DNA of 64,000 nt from Raillietiella orientalis. Taxonomy: Eukaryota. The stretch is from assembly GCA_036172245.1 (NCBI GenBank), contig JAYWIR010000020.1, positions 1,736,001-1,800,000 of the forward strand, written 5' to 3'. Below, one piece after another: positions 50,301-64,000 of the stretch (the stretch's first letter is position 1; every line of letters begins with the position of its first letter). The notes beneath the pieces are model-generated. The model did no database searches. It was not told the origin of the DNA and saw nothing but the letters and a program-made list of their open reading frames with translations. A program made the translations under genes and the position numbers.

Positions 50301-51149
50301 ATTAAAAGTCATGGCCTGCTAAAAACTCCTTTTTGCTGCGTCGTGTTGATTAATTGAAGTGTGTTGGTAGTTCTGGAAAAACGGATATACGTTCCCACGT
50401 ACAAAGGAGCGAGCAGTTTTTTTCTCCTTTTTGGTGACCGTGAAAACAACAGAGCGTTTTCGTGAATGCACTGCCGAGTTGTGCGTGAAGGTGACGAAAA
50501 AGTGCAGTCTACACTGTGTGTACGTACTCTCTGGTTGCTGACACTCTCACAGTGCATTCATGGATTCATTCGTGTCTTTTTTTTTCTCTCGTGGTTTGCA
50601 GCGTGCCCCAAACGCCTTTTGACTGAAAAAAATTCAAGGAAAGAAGCTCTCTTAGCAGCGGCACTAGTGGGACTGAAAGGGTCGGGAATTCGTGCACCTC
50701 TATTGGACCAGTATTTCATTCAATACTACTTTTAGTGTTTTGAGAAGTGTGCTGTCTACACAAATCCTGCCCTCCTTCGAAACGGTTTGAGGCGGCGTAA
50801 TTAGTCGAATTGGTCTCGAAAGCATTAGTTGGGTTGCTTGCTTGAGATCTAACAACCACTCGATTCATTCATACCTAAGCATAAGCATATTTCGGAAAGA
50901 GGGGGAAAAAAGCAGACAAAAAAAAAAAGTAAGCGATAAGTAAGGAAGCGAGTTTCCTTCCAAAACAAGTGCAGACAGGGAAGTTCCATCCGGGGGCTGC
51001 CTGTGCAAAGATGAAGGGACAACAAATAAATAAATAGGACACGATTGGTGAGAGGATTCCGAGGAAAGCTCTGAGAGGACATCAGTTGGATGCGAGATGA
51101 ATTGCAGCTAGGCTTTAGTACCCAGGCAAAAAGGCGTGGGGTCATCCCC

Positions 51150-52050
51150 ATGCAAACAGATGTAACATGGTTTGAGGAGCCGGAAGCAACATCACCTGTA
51201 GGTCTGTAGTTCTTCCTCGAACTCTTACAGGCCCACTGGTGATGCTGCTGATTTCATGGTAGCCTGCCGGCTCAAAAGCGGAATCGCCAATTGCTGCAAT
51301 GTGAGTGGCTGGGGGCTATTCTCACATTCCGAGTGCCACCAGTCCTTCCACAGGGAGCTCCCAAAGTGGTTCCGCAGGGTACAGGATTTCATCATCTGGT
51401 TCAAACAAGAACGCCTCGTGGAAGTCTACATGAAATGCTCCGCAGTGACTATGCTGAAAGCGGAATTGTGGTGCCTCTTCGGATCTGTAATCCAGGACTT
51501 CTACGCTGGAACATTCATACCTCAGCTGGTGGCACTCGGGCTCTACAAAAGGGGCCAGGATATTTAGAGTAGTCAAGGAAGGAGGGATGCCCGCTGAGTT
51601 TTTCCAACATAGCCAAAGAACTCATCTGCACAAGCCAGCAGACAATAAGAGGACCTTCTTGGCCTACGCGGATGAGTCAGAAGAAGAATTAACGGCACAC
51701 CTCAAGATGCTCGATGACCTATGCAGCAAGGCGGGACTCACTTCTACCCCGACAAATGCACTTCATTTGACAGCAGCACCTACAAGTGCCAGGGGCACCA
51801 TGTTCATACAACCTTCTTGAGCAGCCGTTTCAGGCTGTTTGCGTCGCCGGATTCTAATGGTATTCCCCGCTACAAGACACGCGCAGCGGTTAAGAGAAGG
51901 TGCAAATGGGGCTGATGATAGGAGATCCAAGAAGATCAATGCCTGGCTCACCCACTGTGGAATTTTCCAGTCCAGTAGCGACATCAGGAGTTCGCAGACA
52001 GTGAGGCGACAAACCCCAGCTGACTCAAAGGAGCTTGGAACCTCGAAGGC
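51150..52050 (+). mobile_element. RT fragment of an RLE-type non-LTR element
   Basis: GCPLS motif B remnant (~51585), FLAYADESEEEL...LDDLCSKAGL.FYPDKC. Confidence 0.65.
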
Positions 52051-52329
52051 AGATAGCTCAGAATCATTACAGAAAGGCTAACCTTCGCTCAGTAAATGCA
52101 GAGGAAAGCTCGCCGCTTGTTCGGGTACCTCCAGCACAGGAAAACACATAAAGCATATCGACCAAAGGAAAGCCGTGTCCTACGGAGGTTTTACACCCGG
52201 TCGCGCAGGGGCGTTTATTTATAAAAATAAAAAAAAGTGGCAGGGCTCTTGGTCCTGCCACGTTACATGTATATACAAGAAGGAACCTGTCGGGAACTGG
52301 CACACAGGCCGGCGAGATTCGCTTCGGCT

Positions 52330-52680
52330 GCAGAGAGAAAGGGGAAGTATCAAAAAAGAAAAATGAAACAAAATATATATACGAAAAAAATTGGGAGGTT
52401 TCGGGAAGGGATCACCGGGTGCTGGAGGGCGTCCTCTGTATCCTCGTAAGGATGCCGGCAAGTTCCAAGATGGGGGCATCTTGACGCTATCCTCATGAGG
52501 ACAACAAAATACACGATGGTGTCCCTGTGATCGTGGCCTCCTCTGGCATTGCGCCATGCAGTCACGATCCCGCGTAGGCAGCAGAGTACTGCTGGGGATT
52601 CGGCCGGCGTGACGCCGTCGCGCAGGAAGAGTTGCTTTAGAATGTCTCTAGCTATTTTTTTCTCGTAAGTTACCAAGAAG
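52330..52680 (-). mobile_element. ORF1 C-terminal fragment related to the LINE at 36430-40665
   Basis: LFLRDGVTPAESPAVLCCLRGIVTAW...YFVVLMRIASRCP aligns by eye with LLLRDALRPADSPAALCCLRGIVSTW...HFAVRFMRMATRWP at 37420-37600. Confidence 0.75.
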
Positions 52681-52979
52681 AATTAAATCGTTTTGCTTTC
52701 TTATTCTCTGTAAACATGCTTGACATCCTCTTCAATCTCTGCTATCAGAGGTTCTCCTAATAGAAAAAAAAAAAAATCACTATGAAGCTAAGAATAGATC
52801 GAGAAAAATCTTCCCAAAACAGAGAGCACCTAGAAGAAAACACAGACATAATTATAGAAAGTTCCTCAATGTTATTCTTACTGGTTTGCAAGGTAACAGG
52901 AGTAAAGAGGTAGCAAAAATAAAGTAAAGGAAAAAAAAAGTTTGGTCTCGGAAAGGAATGGAAATGGCTTGGAAGAATT

Positions 52980-55100
52980 CTCACTTGAGATCGAAGATTT
53001 GGATTCCAAGCACTCCTTGAAGCAACGTTGAAGTTACTCATTCGGTAACATTCTTTGATGCATCACTCACAACAGCCAAGAAGACTACTAATCGACCTAC
53101 ATCCTCAAGCTAAGAAAATTTGTTCTCAGTTGTTGGTTCTCAGTTGTTCTTGTTCTCATCTCTCTGGGATTGCTACCGGGGTTTCACAGGGACGGTGTTG
53201 GTCAGCATAACCCTCTCGGCCAGTTCCTCAAGCACCGTTTCGTGTGTGCGGAAGCTCTGGTAACACATCGAAAGATTCAGACATTCATACACCTGCACGA
53301 AACTAGCATTTCACACTGGCTCAGTGACACTTTTGAGATTTCAGAAACGCCATCCATCCCACTTCTGAAAGGGTTTGCAGCAGGCGTGGCCACTCTGGAC
53401 TCAAAAGCTGTTAGCCGAGAGTAATCAGTTGTTGCCCAGTACTCCAAATAAAACAGGGGAGGGGCAAAAACCGTAGGCAGGAGATGGCAATCAATAACAT
53501 TTCACACTCAATCATTTCACACTTTCGGGAATGTGCGGGAACCATCGGATGGGAAATAGCACATGTGAGCAATATGAAGATAGAAAATGGGGAGCTACCA
53601 CTGCTAGAAGAGAAGGACCGTAGGAACTGTAAAAAGCGGTGGTAAATCCCCCCCGTCTGGTATTCCGTGTATCTCCCACCGCAAAAAATTTCCCGTTGTC
53701 ATCAGTGCTATGAGGATAAGTAAGAGACCTCACAAGAATGTCGGGGATTCCTTGGTTCATCTCCACCTCGGCAAAGAAAACCTCGATGACAAAAACTAGA
53801 TGAACCTCGCTTCACGTCTTCCAGTAGAGAATTCCGTCGAGAATGAGTAGCCACGGCTTTCTCCAGCCACGCGTTGTGGTAGAATCAGGGACGGCAAGAG
53901 ATCCGAGAACGCCCCTCCAGAAAGGAGACCATTAGATTCAGCGGGAAGCCGAAGCCTTTTCGCCCTGCGGTGGTTGCGCGCAAGCAGGGACGCCAATTCC
54001 TCCCAGCCTCGCGAGGATGTGGCTCTGAAGATGAGCTCCAGTCACGAAACTTCATGGGATCAAGATTTGGAACAAGCATTTTTGGCATTCCCGGTTGAGT
54101 TGTTGACTGTCTGATGACTGTCTCTGGTTGCTTTCTTTTCCATGGACTCGAGGTTCATTCTTTCCTCATGCTTCCTTCTTTCCTGAATATCTAAGATGTT
54201 TCTTGTAAGGTTGCAAGTCCAAAGTACTTGGAATAGAGAGTGACCATCATCCTAGAGGTTTCAAGCTTTGATTTAGGTGGTTTTCGACTGAGGTGGCTTA
54301 CGGGTTCTAATAGGTTGATGTTTCTGCTTGTTGTACGGTAACTTCAGTTCTCAAAATCTGCCAGTGTTTGATGTAAGCCCTTCTAGAGTTCCTCCACTCT
54401 AGGAATCCTCACATTACATTTTTATTCCTGAATATCATGGTATAAAGCAGTCAGAATGGACTCTTTCCGGGTACATTAGGTTCTTTGAGATCTGTACTGT
54501 GTACAGTTTACAGGCCAGAAAACGAGGTGCAAGTCACCGTTGCTTCTTGCTACCATTCTTCAAAACCTCTGAAGCGTTCACATCTACTTCTTTTCTATCC
54601 ATGGCTATTTCATCATAGATCAACGCTATTACAATCTGCGGAACGATTATCCTGAGGTTTCCAGAAACTCAGGATAGGGCGAGGTCAGTCTACAGCATAA
54701 GCGAATTAAATGCCGTAGAGTACCGAACAAATGGATAACGAGTAGCAAGCCCAAGTGTGAACTGATAACTCACTGATGCCAAACGCCTACTTGGCGAACT
54801 TTCCCGGCGCCAACTGCATCCCGAGCACCCAGACAAGGAATGAGCTGTCTTCCACTTGCCCCGTGCGAGACGCCCGGACGTTTCATTACAGAAATCAGGA
54901 TGCAAGCGTTAATTAGTTTTTCCGATACTGTATGTCGAATCTTGGAATGTTCCTCAAATCTAAGGTTCCTATTTTTTTTTTTTTCCTCCGATCCCGAGAT
55001 GGCTTCCTTTGGGCCCCGATGCCTTTCGTTAACATGGTAACGAAAGCAAGCAGCAATTTTCTGTCTGTGTGCTAGCAAATGATGGAGGTGATGATGAAGT
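52980..55100 (-). mobile_element. Highly decayed L1-like ORF2 remnant
   Basis: TRRGGFTTAFY (cf. PGPDGFTAEFY, ~53650), TTDYSRLT (cf. NTDYKIL), A*GCRSISSLL (cf. QGCPLSP). Confidence 0.45.
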
Positions 55101-58100
55101 GCAGATTGACGTGATGTGAAGTTGGGAATCTCCTGGCCAACTTTCTTTCGTCCAAAACCGAACCTCATGATGAGCTTTCCAGCATTTTGTGACGAGGCAG
55201 GGCGTCCGTTTCGGAAATTCGAAATTTCCAAGCCGACAGAGCACTCCCCACTTCCATGTTGATGCCGAGCCCTTCGCAGTGGAGTCTGGGGGCAATCTTT
55301 TATTGAGACTGACTCAACATGCAGGTGTGGAAGGAACACCTTCTGAGAGCCGTCAGACTGAGGGTGCAGCGGCAGCAGCAGACTGAAGCCCAAACGGGAT
55401 GGAACGAACGAAAATGAGAATTCGGTTCATTCCAGCAGTCTGTTGCGTGGTTGCAGATGTCAAAGTGTGATTGACGTCACGTCCACCTGAAGACGCAACG
55501 CCTCACAAAGGTCAACGCCTCCACGTGTATACACAGTGCTACGGGAAACTGGGTTAAGTTTTCTTGTGTCATGAAATCAATATCACTTAGTACTACTTGT
55601 TTAATTACGAAATTCTTTTCTCGTAGGGGTTTCGAGAGCATTACAAAGGCAGACGTAAACTCTTGGACAAAAATTTTCGAACTGCATCTTCTCAGCCACT
55701 CTTTCTAGAAAATGCCTTCATATTTGTCGAAGAAAAGATAAGGATACAGATCTTTGCTTCCGTTTCCATAGTACAAACTACCTAATCCATTTGCATCATA
55801 ATAAGAATAGCGGCTGAAATGAAGAACTGATAATTTCGTGTAAATGGACGACTATCTTATTTTTGTGATACAAAATTAACATAATTACCTATTTCCCAAT
55901 CTACTTAAAAATATGTGTATACTCTTGGGCATAGCATCACCGAATACCAAAGGCGTCAAAGCATAGGATAAAATCTTATTAACACAAAAAACTAAAATAA
56001 CACCAACGTATAAAGCTCTCATTTTCGCAAGAAAAGTCGTCAACTGGAGAATGATCTTGTGGTACTTTTGGGCTAAAAAGAAACTTTCGTTAAAAAAAAA
56101 AAAAAAAACTCACAACTAAAGCAGGTTCTAGTTCTTAGAACTGAAATTTTAGATCCTGGGACAGTCTGGATGAAACAAGCACCCATTGTGGAATCTCTAA
56201 TCATCCCCCAAGGTATCACCAGGGTGAGGCTTTAATAGAGGAATTTCAATACAGGCATGAAAACAATAGCCACCTTCTGGAAAGTGGGTTTACCCACTGA
56301 AACTCATGGGCACGGGGGCTCTTGGAAAGGAACAGCTAATCAGAGGTTATCAGGGGAACTTTTCAAAGGTTCCACAATAATCTTCAGATTTACTTTGTGG
56401 AAAAGCCCGAAGAAGGAAGGTAGGTTTTAGGATTTCTTTGCCTGTTCCGCGAACAACTGACTGACAAAGTTTCCGAGCTCAAGTAGTACGCAAGAGGACA
56501 ACCAATGGTGGCAGAAACGAATTCTGATTTAACTCTGGACAAAGTAACACAGTTGCAAAGTGGATGTCGACAAACTGCACAGCATACTTCACTCAATTAC
56601 AATACGTTACTACACAAATGGGAAGAAACGAAACACCGACAACTGAAGTGGCAAATGGAAAAAAAAAATATATAAGGAAATTGGTTTCCGACTAGACAGT
56701 TTTCAAAGCACCGCATAACCTTTTCGGCAAACCACTCGAACCGGAAGTTCTCAAACTGATCCTGCTAACTTAAAAACTCTGTTCCAAAGGCGAATCCAGA
56801 CTTTCAGAGGGGGGCCTTTGAACCATTCCCGAATTCGTTGAAACGAAAAGTCCTGCTCGAAACATGGAATCAAATAAATATTCTAAATCATTACATGGCT
56901 TATTGGATTCAAATGCGCGGCTGGGGCGACCGTTTTCAAACCCGAAGCGCCACAAAAAGCCCCCCATTGAGTAAAGAATAAATAAGTTAAAACTTAACAA
57001 ACACCGAAAACTACGAAATCAATACGAATGCATTTTTTGCCTTTTCCAAAATCGGAGGGCCTGACTCTTAGAAGATAATTGCATAAATAGATGACAGAAG
57101 AATATTTATTCAAAGAAAGGAAAATATCCAGTTGTTGATTTTTAAAAGCAATTTCTTAAAGTCTTGATGCTGTGTTGATGTTTATAAGTTGCCATTCCGC
57201 TATACTTCATTTAGATGTTTGCATAATAGAAAAATATGGAATCTTTATCCCCAAAGGGAAACGTTCATATTACAAAGTGCATGAGAAATCTAAAATACTG
57301 CAAGCATTCAAAAATGCATTGAAAATGCTCTTCACACGAAAACAAAAATAAAATCGGAAAATCCTGACCATCCCTTTCCATATGTTTAAAATTTTTGTTG
57401 TTCACTTATTATTATGTATATATTCACTTATTATTTGAGTAATGTTTGAGATTGAATAAAAAGGTGATTTCCAGGAATAAACAAAACTGCAACCACATCT
57501 TACAATAAACAACAAAGGTACAGATGAGAATTACCATTAGATATTCTCTTCAAGACAGTGTTGAGTATCATTAGAAATGCACAATGATGAAGGTGTTGGC
57601 ATATCTCGGAATTTTGTCGCTTATGCAATTTACTGTGTGATTCACATTCTACATACTACAAGATGCACTTCATCGAGCCTCTCCAAAGGATCCAACGACG
57701 TGAACAAGCATTTGATTTACAAGAAAGAGACTACTTCAGCCTATTTCTTATGTTTATGTGTTTTTCGTCTCAGTTCAAAAGTGTCGCAAATAATGATAAA
57801 TCATTTGAAATTCCGTAATTATTCATTCAAAATGCATGAAAGGAACAACTTCATCAACACTGACACATTTATGCTGTACACAGTTTCACCCACAGCATCA
57901 GGATCACTCTAGTTTTTCGACGAAAACTTAAATTCGGACTCAAAAACTTAGGAGTTTTCCGTCAAGAAAATTAATTAAAACACCTTTCGCTATTACATTA
58001 TCATATTTTTTCTTTGCTTGCGTGATACATTAGAAATCTAATGTAAAAAGAAAAACAAACAATCAAAGAGTCTTCCACTGCTATTTCATGTTGTTTCATG

Positions 58101-58478
58101 TCGACCATAGATTTAGGAATGCATAACTCGAATAAGTGTGGTATTGCGTGTAAAAATGTTTGATTCTGAGTATTACAAGAAAATTCACAGTTGCCTTATT
58201 TTCTGTTATATATTCCTCTAATCCTAGTTTTCACACTTTGATGTTTCTCAAATGCAAATCTGACTAAATTTGATTTTTGAAAAGGTTTTAGCAATGTATA
58301 ATTTAATTTGCATAATGTACCTTCTTAATTCCTTCCTCTATTCATATTTTTAAGGATATCAGTATGCATGTATAAAATTCTGCCTATTTAACACGTTATC
58401 CGCATGTATGTGAAGCAACTTCCTGTTCATTCTGTAAAAGAGAACTATCACCCATCGATCAGAGATTTTCAGATCAGA

Positions 58479-58513
58479 TTAAAATTTCATCGAAACATTC
58501 GATGAAATTTTAA
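58479..58513. repeat. Perfect 16-bp inverted repeat
   Basis: ttaaaatttcatcgaa-aca-ttcgatgaaattttaa. Confidence 0.92.
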
Positions 58514-58829
58514 GCATCGGAGCTCGTAAATGATCTTTCGATTGATTTAATTATTCACAATATTGAAATGGTGTCGTATCATTCCAGTCTTTCTAGAACA
58601 GTAATCGGAAAATCTCGGGTTTCTGCAACAGGCCTGCTGAATATTGACAAAATGATTGGAACAGTTACTCTTAAAATGCTTCAAAAAGAAAAGTGCAAAT
58701 ACTGATGTGTGTAAATATCACGTCCATCTCACGGCAAACTTAGGGATACCGAGAGTTGAAAAAAGTAAAGTGAAGCATACGGCTGAGGAAACGTCTTCTT
58801 AGCACAAGCAGTTTTGTTCCATTGCAGTT

Positions 58830-59420
58830 TGATGCATGCAATCCACGGCCATGCACATCCGCGATAAGGTCAACCTTCTTGTTGAACCCCAGTGCTAAGA
58901 ACACCCACCGGCGCAGTGGCGGGGTCACAAGCTGCAAGCGAGGAAGAAAGGGTAAAAGGAGATCTCGCACACAACGCTGGTTGCGCTTGAGGTAGGCTTT
59001 TCTCCGTGCGGTAAGGAGAAGGAGACTCAGCCCGGATCCCCAAACCTTCCCGATTGATCTCGCCAATTCGCCCTCACCAGCCGAGGAGGAAGTGGGAACA
59101 CCGCGGATGTCGACACCTGTGGGGGTCTCTGGCGGAGCGAGCGCGCGCTCCGCCGCCATGGAGATTTCCGTTTTCCCGTCCGGCTGTCTGGGAATCACCC
59201 GGAGTCTAACGTAAAGTTGGCCGTAGGGGGGAGGGTTTCCCTTCGGAAAAAATGACGATGACTTGTGTTTTCTGCTCGTGCGTGTGGTTCCTGGATGATG
59301 GGAAATGCTTGCGGGGCATTCTGATCCTGTTTTGGAAATCAGCATGGGGGGGAGGGGGGGACCTGTAGGCTCTTCGGTGACAGTCGTGCTGTTGCTGACC
59401 CGTGTGTTTGACTTGCAGAG
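58830..59420 (-). mobile_element. GC-rich insert, probably a LINE 5' UTR/ORF1 start fragment
   Basis: Sharp GC shift against AT-rich flanks. ORF MAAERALAPP..GVDIRGVP resembles an ORF1 N-terminus. Confidence 0.35.
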
Positions 59421-59443
59421 ATGAACTTGGATTGGATGTTAGA

Positions 59444-59704
59444 ATGGATGAAGCAACGAAATTCCCCAAAGTAGATTTTGCAAAAGAAGTGCCGAAAATT
59501 AAAAATGCCGAGTTATTTTATATGAAGAAGTTCGAAAAAGAAAACATGCAGAGAGTTGCCAATCTTAAGCAGTTGAGGAAAAGGAATACTATTATGGCTG
59601 GCAGCCTTTTGGCTTTTGTGGCAGGCGTATTCGTGTACTCTATTGTTCGTACAAAACAAGAGTATTTTTTGGATGATTCTAAGGAACCTGATTTTAAAAA
59701 TTAG
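59444..59704 (+). CDS. COA3: Cytochrome c oxidase assembly factor 3 (CCDC56), 86 aa, intronless CDS
   Basis: YMKKFEKENMQRVANLKQLRKRN, a transmembrane segment (IMAGSLLAFVAGVFVYSI), then KQEYFLDD. Confidence 0.9.
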   Translation: MDEATKFPKVDFAKEVPKIKNAELFYMKKFEKENMQRVANLKQLRKRNTIMAGSLLAFVAGVFVYSIVRTKQEYFLDDSKEPDFKN

Positions 59705-59790
59705 CTGTTGAAATTTTTCCAAGTTCCATGTAGTACCACATATTTCAGTAAATTCTAAATAGATATAGCTTTCAGATTGTAGTTTTTTGA

Positions 59791-61009
<1,219 letters not shown>

Positions 61010-61534
61010 GAGACATTTTAAAAAAAATCATGGTGGAATGGTTTTTTTTTTAATACCTCACTTTGCAATGTAGCCTTTTCAGATAGTACTCATATCTAAC
61101 TTCACAGTGGTTGAAATACTTACGTTTTTAAAAACGTTTTAGAGAATTACGTTTTAGAAACGTTTTGCTTTTAATAACATTAAATGGAGCTTATACTTTT
61201 AGGGCTAGAAACCATTTTGGGGGCTTGTTTTATTGCAAGCTATAATGTGTTGATTCTCCCAAAGTTGTATATAGTTATGAAAGATATGTCCCTTTCTTCA
61301 AAGCTGAGTCTTCATCTCAGATTTCAGGTTTTGTGTAACCAAAAGCCTGAATTCCGTAAAACTTGAAATAAATACCTATGCTCAAGGTTATTAAGGATTG
61401 GAATTTAATGCAAATATGCTGCTGTAACAAATCAAAACAAATCGGCTTTAAGAAAAAGTTGTGTAGAAATACTAATGTGGTGTATGATATATTTTAAAAT
61501 AGGGTATCTTTGACAAGTACGTTTGGTATTTTTT

Positions 61535-61870
61535 GACAGGAATGCAATGCGCGTGCTTTACGGCCATCAGGCATCAACATTGAAACATTGGCACAGAAAT
61601 CACAGGGCAGTAACGCCTGTTCACAGGGTGCCATTATGGTTTTCCTCCAAAATCAGTTGTCATGCATGTAATCGTGAACATAACTGCGTGCATTGGAATG
61701 AATCGTGAGGAAAAAAATTCCAGAGAATATGTAATCCAAAATTTTAGGAAGGAAGAAAGGCAGTGTGTTTCCAGTAGAGTATTGGGGAGAGATGCTGCAG
61801 TGCATCAGTCAACTGAATCACCACACAAAGAGATATGGAGAAATTGAGTGATGAGTACAGGAGAGCAGGA
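61535..61870 (+). mobile_element. Possible L1-like ORF2 C-terminal fragment
   Basis: VIVNITACIGMNRE...KEIW resembles the W..RN C-terminal segment. Weak. Confidence 0.25.
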
Positions 61871-62279
61871 ATTTTCCGTTTACACTTGCGACTTGAAGAA
61901 ATCCTTGGTTACATTTCCGTACTTTCAACTTCCTGGTGCATTTCTCAAGTCGGGCTATTGGGCTTGAACTCTGTTCGAACGTGAGCCCCAAATTTAATGC
62001 AGAGAGCACAAACCTACAGGCTCTAAAGTGTAGAGGCATTTCGTACACCCTGAGGATTACACGAAAACTTTTCTACAGATGAAAAGTGTATTCTTAATTA
62101 CTCCAAGTTTCTTTTCCCGTATTCTGGCGGTTCCTTCGGAGCATCCGTTGCCGAATGAATCTGAACAGAGGACAACTCCAGCTGTGAAGTTATCATCGGG
62201 TGGGCCGTCGGGAAGTTTTCGGACGAAAACGCCTTTGACGATCGCCCCAACCAAATGACCGTCTTGTTTCGCTGACCAA

Positions 62280-63080
62280 GTTACCTTGTCTCATCCTTTT
62301 TTTCCCTTTTTGTCTTTCCCCACTCCCTGCGTCTCCGCCTCGGACCACAAGTGGCGCGTTCCTTTGAACCGAAGCACGTGGTAGGGTCAAGAGTGCTACC
62401 AAAACTGTAAGTTCTTTTTTTTTTACATAAACACCCAGACGCAACGTGGTGGAGAACTTTGTCTCGAACCTTGAAAAACCTCTCTTGGCTTTGCGCAACC
62501 ACCGGAACACTGCAAAAATGGAGAAGCACTTCTGCAGAAGGGGGTCTAGAAGACATGGATCCTCCGTTTCGAGCCCGAAGCTAGTGGCAGCGGACCGTGT
62601 GGAAACTGTGACCATCTCTGCAGAGGTTCGACCGAAAGCGGACCAGTGTGTCGTGTCGACCGACCCCTGGGGTCCGGACGGGCATCATCGGAAAGACACT
62701 GCGGGCGGTGTACGGTGCAACGAGAGGCTACGGGGCAAGCTGAAGCAAAAGCAGAAGAGCCCCCTCCGGGGGAGTGACTTTCTTGCAAGGCAGCGCACGC
62801 CTCGCCCATCCCGACACGCAGCTCGCACGCTGGACCAATTAAAGTATTGCACCCACGTGGTCTTCCTGGGTCGCGGATCTGACGTTTGTGCCAACGCAAG
62901 GTGAGGTAAGAGCCAGACACTTTTGCGAGTGTACCGGAACAGTGTAGACAGAGCGTGCGAGTGCCCGGGGTGCTCGAGACGAAATTCCCCTGAGGGCATA
63001 CAGGAGTTGGTGGGACCGCGCCGGCAAGGACGGCGGGTGAACAGATAAGTACAATCATCGTACGGTAACAAGAGAAGTGT
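62280..63080 (-). mobile_element. 5' zinc-finger region of an RLE-type (R2/NeSL-like) element
   Basis: PTPVCPQGNF, LCLHCSGTL...WHKR, SRFETKFSTTLRLGVYVKK (cf. C..C..KF.T..GLGVH). GC-rich island. Confidence 0.45.
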
Positions 63081-64000
63081 AACTCTTGTGTGTTTCGATT
63101 TACGCAGTTTCGATCCTTTTTTCTTTTTCTTTTTTTTTTTACGACCGACCTTGTTTCCTTACCATGTCCTGCAAAGATTGGGGAAAAGCGAAGGTTGGGG
63201 AACATCCGTTCTGGTTCTTCTTCAAGAAATTAGCAGGATGTATAGGCTCGTGTTCAGCGTTGTGAGGATGGTAGAAGAAGATCCTGGTTGCTTTCACATG
63301 CTCTTCTATTTCAACACATTGAACAACAACGGTTTGATTATTCTTTTTTTACCACAGCTGTTTTGAAAACCTACCCTTGATGAATGGAGGTCTGTTTGCG
63401 AAGGTGGTTTATTATATACTTTCTTGCATTAGGAACTTGACTATTAGCATAGGAGTAGGAGGTTGGCTCAATTCTGTCCGAAGTCGGTCATTAGCTGTGG
63501 GCTTTTTCGTTAAAACAGCCTGAAAGCTTGGTCACCAAATCCTGACCACACATGCATCCAAAGTAAAACCAAAGCAAACGAATGCACATCAAGAGAAATA
63601 GTGAGAAGGTTCTTATGGAATTCTCAGTGAAGGTGCGAGCGAAGGGCTTTCAAAAGTCTGCTTTTTTTTTCTTTTTTTTTGTAAAAAAAAAAAAAAAAAA
63701 AAAAAATCAGTTCATGTTCATTTCCACAGTAAGCTGATTTGTTTGCTATTGCGAGAGTTTGGTATGCTTAATTCCTGATTTCTCCTCGCTGGGATGATCA
63801 TTCTCTCTACAATATTTGTATTTGAGGGAACTAACCGACATCCATTTTTTCTGGACTCTATTCTTGATGATCCAGCCATTCCACTCATCCTTCGCGCAAC
63901 TGCTACATTATAAAATAATCAGCGGCCGAGGCAAACGTTGCACTACTCCCATCTACCAATGGAAATGTGTACTGTAGCTCATACACGTTTCCATAGGTAC

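Noticed and set aside
53680..53710. Hammerhead-like CTGATGA...GAAA on the minus strand
   Set aside because: Stem II would be 1 bp and no supporting stems I/III are evident; it lies inside a decayed RT region.
56100..57000. Possible additional TE ORF1 remnant
   Set aside because: Composition is suggestive but no motif could be supported.
59402..59443. N-terminal extension of COA3 from the GTG start in the ORF track
   Set aside because: Non-ATG start inside the TE-like insert; the ATG at 59444 gives a typical COA3 length.

Overview
Eukaryotic, probably arthropod DNA, judged from spliceosomal genes with 38-55 nt introns, a degenerate TTAGG tract and COA3-TFB1M linkage as in Drosophila. AT-rich blocks of host genes alternate with GC-richer blocks of decayed mobile elements. 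Host genes are CABLES (+), a CIB-family EF-hand gene (+), an N-terminal-only separase-like gene (-), FAM192A/PSME3IP1 (+), COA3/CCDC56 (+) and TFB1M (+). Mobile DNA includes several degenerate APE-RT L1/Tx1-like LINEs, R2/NeSL-like (RLE) fragments, and a ~8 kb block of decayed unknown ORFs with a possible tyrosine-recombinase remnant. Main leads: (1) the separase gene appears to stop, with AATAAA, before the protease domain, suggesting a Three-rows-like split separase; (2) two same-strand gene pairs separated by only 89 and 131 nt with no AATAAA, suggesting bicistronic or operon-like expression; (3) the possible recombinase-bearing large DNA element. All family calls come from motif recognition by eye; no searches were run.
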